A DNA stretch of 64,000 bases, from NCBI GenBank assembly GCA_963693365.1, contig CAVNZM010000002.1:1302001-1366000 (forward strand), written 5' to 3'. The position numbers were made by a program, and so were the translations under genes. Below are positions 15,905 to 60,897 of this stretch, piece after piece. The notes below the pieces were generated by a model. That model made no database searches. It was not told the DNA's origin and worked only from the letters and a program-made list of their open reading frames with translations. This DNA comes from Amoebidium appalachense (lineage: Eukaryota > Protista > Ichthyosporea). Numbering within the stretch: position 1 is the first letter of the stretch; every line of letters begins with the position of its first letter.

Positions 15905-16904
15905 ATACCAATTGGCATTCGCACTTGCGTTGGTTCATTTGCTTGCAAAGTCGCATTACATAGTTCCTAATTTAGAATAACCGTGTAACAACACTCAAAC
16001 TACATCTTCTTACAAATACACAGTACTAATTATTATATTACACTTCGCAGACACGTGCACAGTGTACACACGTGCACATAACCGTTGCAACGGCCGCTGA
16101 CCGTACCTCTCGGGCATTTTGGAAGACCAATCAAAAAGCTTCCTCGGCATGCACTTCGCCTAGCTATGTGCATAAAAAGCTGTGGCCAAAAAACATCGAC
16201 AACCGTACATGTGTACAGTTGTACACGTGTATTGCCCAAGCGCTCAGATTATCATCATTATTTGCATAAACAGGTGGTAGAGGGTGCAAATATGTAGCTC
16301 GATATGCACATTTTATCAACATAGTAGCTCCTATACCTGATATTAGCAAAACGGATACTTCCGGGATTGATGTCAGGTTTCCCTTCATGACCATCATGGA
16401 GCCGCAAGCCGCTTGGCCAAAGGCTCCAAACTAAACCATATAAGGCTATTGTCGATCCTACACTATTGGGGCTGACATTAAATCTAAATGCTTTCTGATA
16501 AGATCTATTCTGCACCAATCACGTGGTAGCTGCCGGACGGGGGTAAAGTTCGTTTTTAGGTCTCACTCTCATACACTGTGGTGCACAATACAGCCACAAC
16601 ACGCCCACCACACAACAGAAAATCACAACTGTCACGCCGCGGCTGAGTGAAGCATATTTGCATTGCAATTGTTCGAGTGGAGTTTGTTTGTACCAGTTTG
16701 TACCTGCTAGTAAATAAAAGTTTATTCGCGTTAGGCACTAACTAAGCAAATCTTGAATGCTATACCTGTAGAACACGTGCACGTGACCTTAGTGACTGGG
16801 ACACACGACAACACACTTCGGTTTCCATGAACGCACTTGAGCTTTGCCCGTGAAAGAAGCACCACACAGTCACTAGTAATATACAAGAAGGCTTTTCATG
16901 GAGA
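15905..16904. promoter_or_regulatory. Probable bidirectional promoter region between divergent DUF4460 and OSGIN-like genes
   Basis: About 1 kb free of simple repeats between head-to-head genes; no specific element identified. Confidence 0.4.
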
Positions 16905-23815
<6,911 letters not shown>

Positions 23816-25748
23816 AAGCCCCCTCCCCCCTCCTCCCAACCCTCCAACCCCACACACAAACTTTCTATCACCACCACCACCATGTGCACACACTAACACA
23901 CTCGCGTGCACCGCACACACACACACACACACACACACAGTCACATGCAGCGGCATCCTACACGCATACAGGCGTACTAGATCATGCAGATAAATGTTTT
24001 GGCAACCTACCCCTTGGTGCCTGTGTTGTCTTCCCTGCTGCTCTGTGACTCTAAAATCACCATGAATACTGGTTTTTTACGGCAACCGACTCTCCTTCTG
24101 GAAATTCTCCCTTTTGTACGAATCCGTTTCTTTTGTTGAACAATAGGCTTTAGTTACGGTGATACTGCCCCTTCTGGTCACCTGTGTATGTTACAATGCA
24201 TGGCCTCTATGCAGTTAGACGAGCCAATAACTCTCTGTTGGGTTTGAGTACGTCATAGTAATTTGGTTTTATTGGGCCTACTTTCAATTATACCTACATT
24301 ATAATCATGCACGAAATAATATTGGCTATTGGGGCTCGTACTTCCGGTGCTGTCAACCTCAGGAGCTTTCGCCTCGGGAGCACTCGATGGGCGCTAACTT
24401 GATTGAAAACTTACTTGTTTCTTTCTTCTTTTCAAAGTTTTTTTCCCTGCTGCTATTATAATAGTGTCAGGCTAGTTCATCGACTCTAATTATAACTATT
24501 GCATGCTATGTCACAGTGAAGCCACACGTAGAAAAAATTAGCGTTATTGGTCAGAGATGCAAAAACTTAGTATTGCTGAGTACGTATCACCAGAAGGCTG
24601 TACATGGAAATATCTGGTCATGGTGCTGGGCCTCGCTTTTTTGGATCCTTTCTTTTTCTTTTCTTCTTCTTCTTCTTCTTTTTTTTTTTTTTTGCCTCAT
24701 TGAATCAGACAGAAAAGTCTTGATTTTCCTGCCAAGTGCACATTGAGCTGTGCACTTGTGGCTTTGTATGAAACTCTAGTTGTCACTTCTTGAAGTTCCT
24801 AAAAAACCTTAGCATAAGGGGAGTGTGAAAATATATCTCCTTTTCTTTTGGATCATATAAAGTTGGCCAAACACAGGCCATTGCTCCCAGCACTACCAAA
24901 CCCACCATCAGTAAATCGGTACCGTTTCGTGCCGACAGGGCTCCAATATAGGTGGGGTTTATGCACTTTTCGTCAGGGGCCAAGCCTCACTTGACATGAC
25001 GGCCTACTGCGTTTTCCAGCCCAGCCAATCAAATGCAGCTAGTGACTTATGTATACAGTACACTGTATGCAATAAAACAACCCTATATGGGATAAGGAGA
25101 AGCTACATTGGTAGCTCCGACAATATCATACTGTGCAGCATTAGTAAGGGGGGTATAAGTTTCTTTCTCGTTCTGATAGAGAAATCAAAGGTAAAACTCA
25201 GTCGGCATGTGTTATGTTCCTTAGGCAACACCGTACTGATCATTATCGCTTTTTGGGAGCTTTGGCAGGATACATTTCTCCTGCTGTACGTATGGATACC
25301 ACCCTATGTAGTAGATAAGTCTGTATGGTGCTCTGATGTTGATATTGCCTGGGAAGTTGTGCAGTGGCGCTGTAATTCTTGTTTTCATCGCCGCTGGTGC
25401 CACTTTTGTGCTGACCTTTTTAATCGCAAGCATGTTGATAGGTGTGAATTTTTATGTCGCGTTTTACCTCTTTCCCTCCGGGTATCTGCTACACTAGCTG
25501 GCAATGTGAACACTTTAGACTTTTTGTTGACTTCTGTTGGTCGTCACATTGAGTATTTATATGATTTTCACACAGTGTTCAGGTATCTCAGTATGCACTT
25601 GTTACTGGATAACTCGTGAAGTTTTTATTGTCTTCTCAGTATGCCGTACATACTTGCATATCTTTCCGTCGAATAAATCCAGTCAAAAGAAAACAGGTTT
25701 ACACACTTTTTATTGCGTGGACACTGCCGGAGGCCCAGCCACATTCGA

Positions 25749-26403
25749 CGCCCCAATCTGTGCGGGCGGCGGTCATATGGCTGCGAATTTTTTAATAACA
25801 ATTGGCACTGATGTGGAGCCAATCAGACGCGCGAATAGACTTCAATAGATCGACTTTTGATGTGGCTCACGAACTTGATCGAATCCAGTCCGGCGCAGAC
25901 GAGCCAAATTGGGATCCATGTTGCCTCCCCCTAGGCCTCGCTGTGAACAACTTTTCATGTTTTTCAATAAACACCCCCCTAAAAATTTTGCAGAACTCGA
26001 TTTCTCACTATTACAAAGCGATACAAGAGAGCTTTTTGCTATATCTATAGTTTTAGGGTAGGCTAATTATAACCTTAGCATAAGGTTTTAATTAGCCTAC
26101 CTTCAAATTATAGATATAACAAAAAGCTCTCTTGTATCGCTTTGTAAAGTGAGAAATCGAGTTCTGCAACCTTTAAGGGGGGTTGATTAGTGAAAAACAT
26201 GAAAATTTGTTCACAGCGAGGCCGGGGAGGCAACACGTGATCCCAATTTGGCTCGTTTGGGCCGGACTGGATTCGACCACATTCCTGAGCCACGATCTAT
26301 TGAAATCTATTCGCATATCTGATTTGCTCCGCATCAGCGCCAATTGTTATTAGGAAATTCGCATTTCGCAGTCCATATGACCGCCGCGCGCACAGATTGG
26401 GCG
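25749..26403. repeat. Long imperfect palindrome (foldback / MITE-like), ~325-bp arms with a 3-nt loop
   Basis: Centre GTAGGCTAATTATAACCTTA-GCA-TAAGGTTTTAATTAGCCTAC (loop 26078-26080). Arms include ACAAAGCGATACAAGAGAGCTTTTTG / CAAAAAGCTCTCTTGTATCGCTTTGT and CCAATCTGTGCG / CGCACAGATTGG. Confidence 0.93.
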
Positions 26404-26648
26404 CCCTTAATAAGGCGATCCTCCTATAGACATAGGCCAGTCGGCACGACTGACCACCGAATTGAGCCGATTTTAAGAATGCTTTGGCTCACCATAAGAA
26501 ATCTGCTCATGCGGCCGTCGTCGAATCGATACAGACAAATCGGTCCCGTAACGGCACGATTCGGTGATGTTGAGTCAGGAATCAGTCAGGAATGCAAACT
26601 TTTTGTGCAATGGCTCGACACATACACTGCAAAACGGGGGGGGGGGGT

Positions 26649-26681
<33 letters not shown>

Positions 26682-27550
26682 GGGGGATGAGTGTAATGGT
26701 ATGGGCCTAGAGGCATGTGGCTAATCGGCGAACACCCTGTAAAGAATGATTGGGCGGTTAATTGCATTGGTAGGCACTAGTGCTTCGCGCGCACGCCTCA
26801 GCGTGGCTATAGCTATCGGGCACGCCGGCGCCGACAAGTGTGCAAAACGCGCTTCGGCTGACTTCTCACACGTACTGACGGTGTGCACGCGCTGCGATGA
26901 ACTTGACGTTTTTTCCTTACACTCTCGCGACCGCGTGGAAGTTCTGTCGCACTCGCGGCGCCTCGACGGTTCGATAGAGTCCAGTGTTCGCTGAATGTGT
27001 AAGGAAAAATAAGGAGCCATCTCAGTAGGTGGCAGAACTTCGACAGACTCTGGCAGAAGAGCGGTGGCCATGGTGCGAAGGAAAGCAGTACAACTTGCAT
27101 CGCCCGTTGCAATCATGAGCGTAAGTTTGCTTCGAGGGCCGACGGTCATCGGAACCTGGTAATAGTAATGCTCAGGGGATGTTTCTGATAGCAAGAAAAA
27201 ATGAGCTGCTTTATGAGGTGGTTTGAGGTACAAAAGTACTACGTAAAAGTAGGTATCGCCTTGCTGGTAGAAGTGTTGCCCTTGGCTATTTTGCTTCAGT
27301 TTTACTTCAGTATTACTTGCGTCGGTTTATCCACGGGTCTTCTCCACGCAGAAACAGCCGCGATGTCTGACCTGGTCGGAGCACGTTGCCATGGACAGCA
27401 TAACCGGTGTTGGGGTTCAACGTACGTTCCCCCCTTCACGCCCCTCTTTCTCCTACCTTGCACACAAACACAAGCTTTATCACGTTTAATTTCTCTCAAT
27501 TTCATAGTCCACCTTCTTCCTTTCCACTTTTTGTGTGTGTGTGTGCATGG

Positions 27551-27598
<48 letters not shown>

Positions 27599-28527
27599 AC
27601 GTGTACGTGGGTGTGGGTGTGGTGTGGTTGTGCGCGCGCACGTGTGTTTCTGTGTCTGTGTCTGTGTGTGTGTGTCTTCTGAATATTTTTTGTATTACAT
27701 ATGTCCATCTGATGCGACAAAATGCTTTGATGACCCTTTGGTCTGTCGTGAACTCATGGATGGCAACCACATTAACATGGCTTTTTGAAACGATCGGTGG
27801 TTGAGAGGCATGCTTTAGACTGTAGGTTTCTGTATGTCACGGAGGAAACACCGGCACGAACTATACAGTTTCGAAACCTTATTGTTCTGATTTCTTGTTC
27901 ACTGATTCCAAATATTCATAGACATTGAGCATAGATAGACTATTATTAGAGCCCTGGCACCAAAGGAATGATTTTCTACTCATAGTCTTTTTGGCTCACG
28001 GCAAGAACACACTGCTTGGTAAAAGTAGAAAAAGAACACACCGTGATATCCACACACGAGAGCGCCCACATACACACACACACTCACACTCAGAACACCC
28101 AAAGTTTTTCTAACACGCAGGGGCTGCTCAGCACACTGCTCTCCATACACACCTCCCCCCCCCCCCCCCCCCCCCCCCCCCACCCACACACACACACACA
28201 CGCACACTCACACTTCAGCAACAACAGTAACAGCAAACTGCCCACACTGACAAGTGCCACCGGCCCAAGAGTCGTCGTTTGGTGTGCAGAGTGCTCAACT
28301 TCTTCGAGGTGAGTTTTTCTCAGTCAATCCACTAATACTTTCTCTCTCCCTCCTCTCTCTCTCTCTTTACTGCCCCCCCTTCCCCCCTTCCCCCCCCCCC
28401 CCCCCCCCCCCCCCCCTTACTTCCATGCAACCGGGCATGGTTGCTCTGTGTCGTGCATCTGTAAGCACATACGCGTTTGTCGCTGCACTGCATTAGTTTG
28501 CACATACATCTTCACCGTTTTGCTCAC

Positions 28528-28810
28528 CTTGCTTGCATAAGCAACCCTGCTCGTCTTTGATCAAGACGGGTTGACCCACCCAAGTTCAGTTGATGCTGCT
28601 GTCTGAGTTGGAGCGTCGTATATACGCGGGCTAAGGGGTCGAAACTCAGACGCAATTGATGACTTGGGCCCTCCCTGAGGATGGGCTCTGCTTATGACGC
28701 ATACTGTGCGCATGGCTGATGCTGCATACTTGAATGTTTGCCTTTGCATGTGTCCTGCACCATGCTTCTCATCGTGTATGCGTACTTCGTACTGTGTTCC
28801 GCATTCAAAC
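28528..28810 (+). mobile_element. Dispersed repeat, diverged copy B of the retroelement terminal module
   Basis: Shares GCATAAGCAACCCTGCTCGTCT.TGATCAAGACGGG, TCTGAGTTGG, GGTCGAAACTC, CCCTGAGGATGGGCTCTGCTTAT, GTACTTCGTACT and GCATTCAAA-Cn with 45310-45559. Confidence 0.85.
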
Positions 28811-29453
28811 CCCCCCCCCCCCCCCCCGTCACTTTCACACACACGCTACTCTTTTTTATCTTCCCCCCACCCCCTTCCTCCCCCTCCCCCCGCCGCACCC
28901 CCTGCTATTCACACACACAAACACGCACACACACACGAGGCTCCCCCCCCCCCCCTCTCTCTCTCTCTCTCTCTGTGTGTGTGTCTGTGTCTGTGTGTCT
29001 CAGTCTTTGTGTGCATGTTTTTTCGTGTGTGCTTCTGTATGTCATAAGTTCAACTTTTCATTATGTGCATGCTTTGCAGAGACGCACACACATACATGTT
29101 GTTGTGCCTGTTTCCGTTATGGCATGGCTCGGCTCTGTACATGCTCTTGCTGGTTACCACGAAACACCTGCGAGTCCTGCCATGGTGTGTTTTGTGTCCA
29201 CACTTGAGATGTTTTGTATTGTCAGTTGCCCATCCTTTCTTCGTGTTGATTCTTCAGTATTAACTCCTCATTGCTTGTACTTCTGTCTGGGTAGGCCCCC
29301 CTCTCTCCCTCCTTCCCCTCTCCTCCTTCTCCCCTTTCCGGGGTCAAACACGGATACAAACTCGAGCACCCAAGCGGTGCTACGCAGACACAAACACACA
29401 ACACCCTACACGCCATTCCACGGCAGAATCACAAAAATGCATGCAGCAGGCAG

Positions 29454-29511
<58 letters not shown>

Positions 29512-30091
29512 CACCAAAGCATTCCATGACACGAATACAAGCATGTGTTTTTTGATCGACACACACAGAGTCTGACGTGCACATGTGCTGTGGGCAAACA
29601 CGCAAATCTGCATGCACGTGCCAGAACACAGTTACACACATTAGGCACTACAACGAGCTTCCGTACCGTTAGAGAAGAATCGGAAGTAGTCATTAGCTGC
29701 TGTTGTTTCAGCTGGTTGCTTGTGGTGTGTCTCTCTTGGATAAGGATTTATTCTCTATTTTTGGTTTCAGTGATGGTGTACGTTTTGTGGTCGTTGTGTT
29801 TTGCTTTGGAAGATTATGTAGTTGCTGCTTGCAGACAGCAGAAGCATTGCCCAATGGTCCGGTCCAGGCCTGGTGCCGGGCACACACACCAACGTGGTGT
29901 GATCCGTTAATAAAGCTTATGCTGATAAAATAAAACGTCCAAGGATGACCTGTGTGCCAAACGACCAGTCGCCGGTACCGGGGGAAGGGGAAGGGGGGGG
30001 GGGGGGGGGGGGGGGGGCACAGGGGTTAGGGGCTAACACGTACTGACGTGTTGCCGCACGTGCGACGTTTAACATCTACTCCCTTTTAAGT

Positions 30092-30128
<37 letters not shown>

Positions 30129-31996
30129 AAGGAGCCACACCGCCTCAGTAGGTGGTAGGGTTAGGGGGGGGGGGGGGGGGGGGGAGGGGGGGGGGGGGGG
30201 GGAAGAGACCGCCGCCCAGCTTGTAAAGTGACGGGTGCCCCGCCGGCCGCGTGAGCGTAGTACTAGTAGTCAGGCCCCTTCAGACACTCGCATACAGGTT
30301 ATTCTCATACATTCTCCTGATTGGATCACATCGCCCAATCAGTAATTTGGTATTTAATCTTGAATCCAATTAGATGCTGGTCCCCTAAGATCCAGATCCT
30401 AGACTTTTGATAGTGATCACAGGACCTCAATTCAAAGTTTTTTCTTTTGACTGGATTTATTCGACGGAAAGATATGCAAGTATGCACGGCATACTGAGAA
30501 GACAATAAAAACTTCACGAGTTATCCAGTAACAAGTGCATACTGATATACCTGAACACTGTGAAAATCATATAAATACTCAATGTGACGACCAACAGAAT
30601 TCAACAAAAGTCTATAGTATAGGATAGATCATAGGAGGACTTTGGAATGCAATAAGTTCGGGCAGATGCCCTTGTAAATATTGGCAAGTTCGGAACTTCG
30701 GATAGTGCTATCTGCCAAATGTATGTATATACTGATGTATAGGAAAGAGAAGAGGGGGGGAGGGGGGGAGGTAGTATGAAATGTAGACTTAGACTCTGCG
30801 GTGCCACTAGGGGAAGGGAGAGGGGAGAGACGAGGATATGCATATTAGGGTGAGCCGATAGACTTAGCTCGTGCAGGCGCACGATAAAGTTCATTAAATC
30901 GGAATGTAAGGAATGTGGCATCGTGGGGGGGCCTGGTGATTATGATCTTTGGGGACACGGCCTTGATGGCCAAAGTTGTGACTTAGCTTGGTTCCATTCG
31001 GATCTCAGGTTGCCCGTCGGAGTCAGGCCTACAGTAGTAATAAACTTTGCAGTTTTCTCGTATACGTTCGTTCCTCTCAGTGTGTATTAACTTAGAAGAG
31101 TGCCGCGTCTCTTATTACACACATGTTAGGATACGACACAAGCCCCCGAACCCCCCTACATTGTAGCTATACTAAAATTTTGGGAAAAAGATTTCTTTTG
31201 ACTCGGTTTTATTGATCCGTTGATGAAGGCAACGTGCAGCCACCGCCTACCAATAGGACTGAAAAAGCCAAAGCTACGAAATAAACTTTGATAAAGCGAC
31301 ATTGGTGACAAAGGACTCAACCAGCGGGCAAAACCTTGAGTGTACGTGTATGCGTGAAACTAGTTTGCTCCAAGTAGTCATATGCATCGATGTTGACCAG
31401 ACCACGCTCCGCAAGAAGACATCATTACTGCTGCTTCCCAACAGGCCCCCCTCAAAACCTACCGAGGCACAGCAAGCAAGTCAGCCTCTAAAAGAGCAAT
31501 GCAGACCAAATCTGAAATAAAAAACAATTCCAACGGGCCCGGCCCCTAGATAACCCGGAGAAACTGCATCTAGCTCTCTGATAAGGTGGCCTAGTTGTGG
31601 CAGGACGCACAGGAAAACACAATTACAGAATGCATGCAAGCAAACCTGGTCATTGCCATACGACTGGAGGCTAAGGACTGGCATGCGCAGTCACTTGGAA
31701 AGCTCCCCGACGACCAAGTAGCCGCCCCTCCACTCACGCGGCGCAGAAGTAGCTGAAGAAGTTGCAGCAGCCCACCGCCAATAGGTCGCGTAGAAGCGTA
31801 GACAGCTGTGTGTAGGAGTTGCCATAGGTTGCAGTGGACCACCATGCGTTGAAGAAACCACTTCTCAAGCGAGAAACTCCGTGAAAGGGAGATGCCCCCA
31901 CGTACTCTCACAGCAGTAGGAATACATCAGGCCACACCACACACACGCTGCAGTCACGTTCCCCTGAGTGGGACTCCCTCCCACCACAAAAACTTT

Positions 31997-32190
31997 GAAG
32001 AAACGAAAGCCTTTATATACCTGCCATGGTGAAGAATCGGGAAAAAAAAGTTGACGTGACAGCTAAGAGATCGAAGTGAAAGTGAAGTCCCAAAAAGAAG
32101 AAACGAAAGCCTTTATATACCTGCCATGGTGAAGAATCGGGAAAATAAGTTGACGTGACAGCTAAGAGATCGAAGTGAAAATGAAGTCCC
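31997..32190. repeat. Tandem duplication, 100-bp period x2
   Basis: GAAGAAACGAAAGCCTTTATATACCTGCCATGGTGAAGAATCGGGAAAA..GTTGACGTGACAGCTAAGAGATCGAAGTGAAA.TGAAGTCCC at 31997 and 32097. Confidence 0.95.
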
Positions 32191-34495
32191 CATGAAAATC
32201 ATCTTTTTACATTAGATATCGGGGGGCAAGCCTCCTGAACCCCCATATATTCTGAGCCACAGAGCTGCTCTGTGATTGTTTTAGCGGCTCTGTGATTATT
32301 TTTGTGTCACAGAGCTGCTCTGTGGATTTATAATTTTGGATTTTGGTATTATATATTATATAATAACTATATTACGCTGTTTTTATGTTATTTGACAACT
32401 ATATTACATTGATTTTTGACCGCTATGCGATGTTTCAGATCACATACCTCCACTGTGCTTTTTTGCCATTATCTGTTTGGAATGACCAATCATGGGCGCT
32501 GTATGCGGAAATCCTGTATGCAAGTATCCGGAAATTCTAGTCAGGGCACTTAACCATGGCCACATGCAGTGCACTCCTGAGTGATGCACGCGCGCGCGGT
32601 AGCTCATCACTCTGGAATGTGATCGAACTTGAACTAGGGGCGCGCACACGAGTAAAGTATTTGGGACGACATTGGTGGTCTGTCGGCACGACTTTCACGG
32701 TACCGTTTCGGCATGATCGACGGCACGAAACGGTGCCGATTTACTGATGGTGGGTTTGGTAGTGTGCAGTCGACGGGGATTGGGATTTTTTCTCTATGGC
32801 AATTTATTAAGGTTATCTTGAAGTTCTTCTTGAATGGAAACGGGAACGTTTGGGAGGATGGGGTCTGCGTCTGACTCCCAGGGAGGAGGGGGTCTGAGTC
32901 TAACTCCCAGAGAGGCCGGGACTCAACCGTGAGAGCTCCGGAGTACTCTTCGTCGCCGGTCACCGCCGCTCGGTCGCCCGCGCCTCGTAAGCATGAGTGC
33001 CAAGTCGTGCCAAACTGGCACGTGCTCAAAGTTATCCAACACTCATTTGATGTGATACTTGAAAGATTGACGACACCGAAAAACAGCGACGGCCTGAGTT
33101 TTGAAGTTACACATGTATATTCCTTGGCGAGTGCTTCCTTTTTTGTATGCTTTTGTATAGGCTGCACATATATAAGGTAACATATACAATGGTACATGTA
33201 GGCGGCATATGGCATTATGGCACCATCGTAAACACATGGCATTGAGAGAGTGTGGCTCAGTGCGAGGCTGTGACGTGATTGGATGAACAGGTGAATTTTA
33301 TTGCCCGCAAGTTTGGAACTTCTCAATCCCAAAATGTTGAATGACTCGGGATAATTTTGGAATCCTCTTCCTATCTATTAGTGAGATCTTCTGATTTTGT
33401 AAACCGAATTTACTGGTACTGTAGAGCGCTAAATATACGGCTGTAAGGACATATGAAGGGTGTACACATATACCGCTTGTGCCAGTAGTTCCTACTTCGG
33501 CGGCCGGCCCCGAGATTCAATTGACAGGGGTATGATATTCAGAGATCGACTTGTGCCACTGGGCCGTTGCATGCCTTTTCCAATTGCAATATCATGAAGA
33601 TGGATTATGTAGTAAATTTAAAATATAGCAAGCCATCTCTGGTGGCAGCTCTAACGATTACAGAAATTGTAGAAATTAACGTGCGTGAAGCTGCAGAAAC
33701 GAGGCTTCCTCTCCGCACTTGCATTGGGTACCGCACGGTACGGCACACTATTCACCTTTCGTACACTGGGCCAGATCTAGTATCGTGTGCACGTGACATG
33801 CATATCATGTATACATTGCAAAATGCATTCACATGTGCATGCAAGTACCATAGGCTATTGTACGTATAGTACGTCAATAATGATACATCAGTGTAAAGGG
33901 AGTACTAATAAATAACGTTCACGTGTCTCATCTGTTTTTTACTATTAATAACTATGATCAGCTGCACTTTTGGCAAAGGTGCGCCAAATTGTTTCAAACC
34001 CTGCGTCTTGTGGCCGAGAATTTGGATCATGCCGGGTAACATGATCACTTCAGGCATGCTGTCATATGATCATAGACAAGGTTCGTTTCAATACCGTAAT
34101 TAAGTTATACACCTACTATACGGTAAGGGTTTACACTCAGTGTGCGGCGCCATATACAACGAGGAGTATTACTATGGTCTGTGAATAAGGTTCAAGCGGG
34201 TTTGTTCCATCTCAGTAGGGCGTGACTTGAATTGGTCGTCCGAAGCACAAACATCCTTGTGCGCCTCACAAAAGACACTCTAATTATATCGGCTCTACGG
34301 CTTCTGACAGGCACAGTATAGTTTCAGCCTTTCAATCTTTATATTCTCTGGGATCTTGTGTTCAGGAAAAACCCTCAAATGCTCAGATGTTAACACAATT
34401 GCGTCGCATCAAGGGAAGGAAGGGCCTTCCTTAGGTGTTGGAAGAGATTGAAACCTGTGAGCAAAATACTGGAAAGATATAGAAACGCTTGTAAA

Positions 34496-59201
<24,706 letters not shown>

Positions 59202-59318
59202 AATTGACATGGTTGCTAAATGTATTTTGAAGGTGACCCCCCTCCCCCCCGCCCCCCTCTCCCCCCTTTTTTTTTTTTCTTTTTTTTTTTTTTTGGACGA
59301 ATTGGGGACCTCCCCCCT

Positions 59319-59355
<37 letters not shown>

Positions 59356-60857
59356 TCTAGGTATGAGGAAAAGGCGGGATTCATTTTCGAGATTAACGGG
59401 ATGTTACGTGCATGAGACTGATTGATGATGTGTTTTGTAAATGTCTTATGATGCAATATATATTGAACACACTGATATAGCTACTGTATTTGGATGAATA
59501 GGAATGTACTTAAGGGAACCAATGGATATCCCTTGGTATACTATACCTTAACCGCATACACTTTCTGTGTTATGAGGTTGCTTTTGGACGCTTGCTTCTG
59601 ATCCCTGTCTTATTGCTTTGTTTGGTATATAAGAGCTATGCTTTAGCTCACTTAGCCGTTTAGGTGTATTGAGTTTAAAACTCAAAGTTTCTGGACCATA
59701 AGTTTAACAAGTATGATTGTGTTATGAATGTATGAAGGAGTCGTGGGCAGGCCCCCACCATGTATTGTAGATGTGTACAGGATTAGACATGTAATGCATG
59801 GGATGTAGGCATATCAGGCATTTAGTGAAACCGGCCGAAGAACCGGTGTTAAACGGTTGGACTACTCCGACTGAGTATGGGGCCTTATTAAATCAATAAA
59901 TGTGCTTTCATCCCCTTAAGTGATTGCATACTCCAACTATGGGATCTCACATACAAGTTGGGCGAGTAGGGGTCTCGATATGACTGTTGCACAGTCAGCA
60001 GGCAACTGAAGTCGTGGGTGTACGAATATGTATGTCATCAGAAAGGGCATGCATTCAGCTGCTTGAGGGAAGGGGAGCGGATTATAGATTTACACGACGG
60101 CTGACATGCACATGCTGCTGCAGTTACGAGGGCTGCATGCACCAATTATAAGGGGTCATATGCATTGTGGTGGCCCAACTAAATATCAGACTTTAATTCC
60201 TCGGAGCTCGATTGTCGGGCAACTGCAGTGGGGCCATGCATGATCATGATCCAAATCCAAATACGATCAGCCTGGGGGTTCGTGTTGATTGTCGTGCGCA
60301 AATTTAAGGTGCGCCTGAAATCAATTGGCAAGCACTCGGCCCTATTGAAAATGATTGTGTTCATGGAATACTGTAAACTGGTCTGGGCACCCTCCATAAT
60401 AGGCTCTCCTGACCCCCCAGGGCCTTTGTGTGTGTGTGTGTGTGTGTGATGTGAAGACATTTGTGTGTGCGTGTGTGCTTAGCGTGTCTAGTGTGTGTAT
60501 GGACCCGCGATGTACGCGTGTGTGTGTGTCTTAGGAAGAGGAGGGGCAGAGGGGCTAGGGGGGGAGGGACGGCCCTAGGGACCAACGTTAACCCTGCCAT
60601 ATGAGCCTGTGCCAGGGATATGAGCTTTATATAGTCACCATGGATATATGATACAGTGCACGTGCAGGCCATATTCCATTTATTACATTTGGCCCAGTAG
60701 TAGTTTTTGCTCAGTGACGCCGTTCAGCACGTTGTGTCATGCAAGTTATGCCGGCATTCCTAGAGGCTATGGACACCACTTATGCTATGGATCTCATGGT
60801 CCCGTGTACGTTTTTTTGCCATTTACGCGTGACCCTCCCTCCCTCCCCAGGGCCTCT

Positions 60858-60897
<40 letters not shown>

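Noticed and set aside
25083-25127. GIY-YIG-like string LYGIRRSYIGSSDNI in ORF 24996-25619
   Set aside because: Spacing is too short, no downstream conserved Arg/His/Glu pattern, and the rest of the ORF looks non-coding.
26721-27233. 170-aa ORF in non-repetitive sequence
   Set aside because: No recognisable motif or splice context; may be a decayed element.
30020-30275. Telomeric TTAGGG seeds and a possible Helitron 3' CTAG end
   Set aside because: Only isolated hexamers within G-runs; the subterminal hairpin is weak and no 5' end was found.
32634-33332. 232-aa minus-strand ORF
   Set aside because: Non-ATG start, no recognisable domain, composition typical of a chance ORF.
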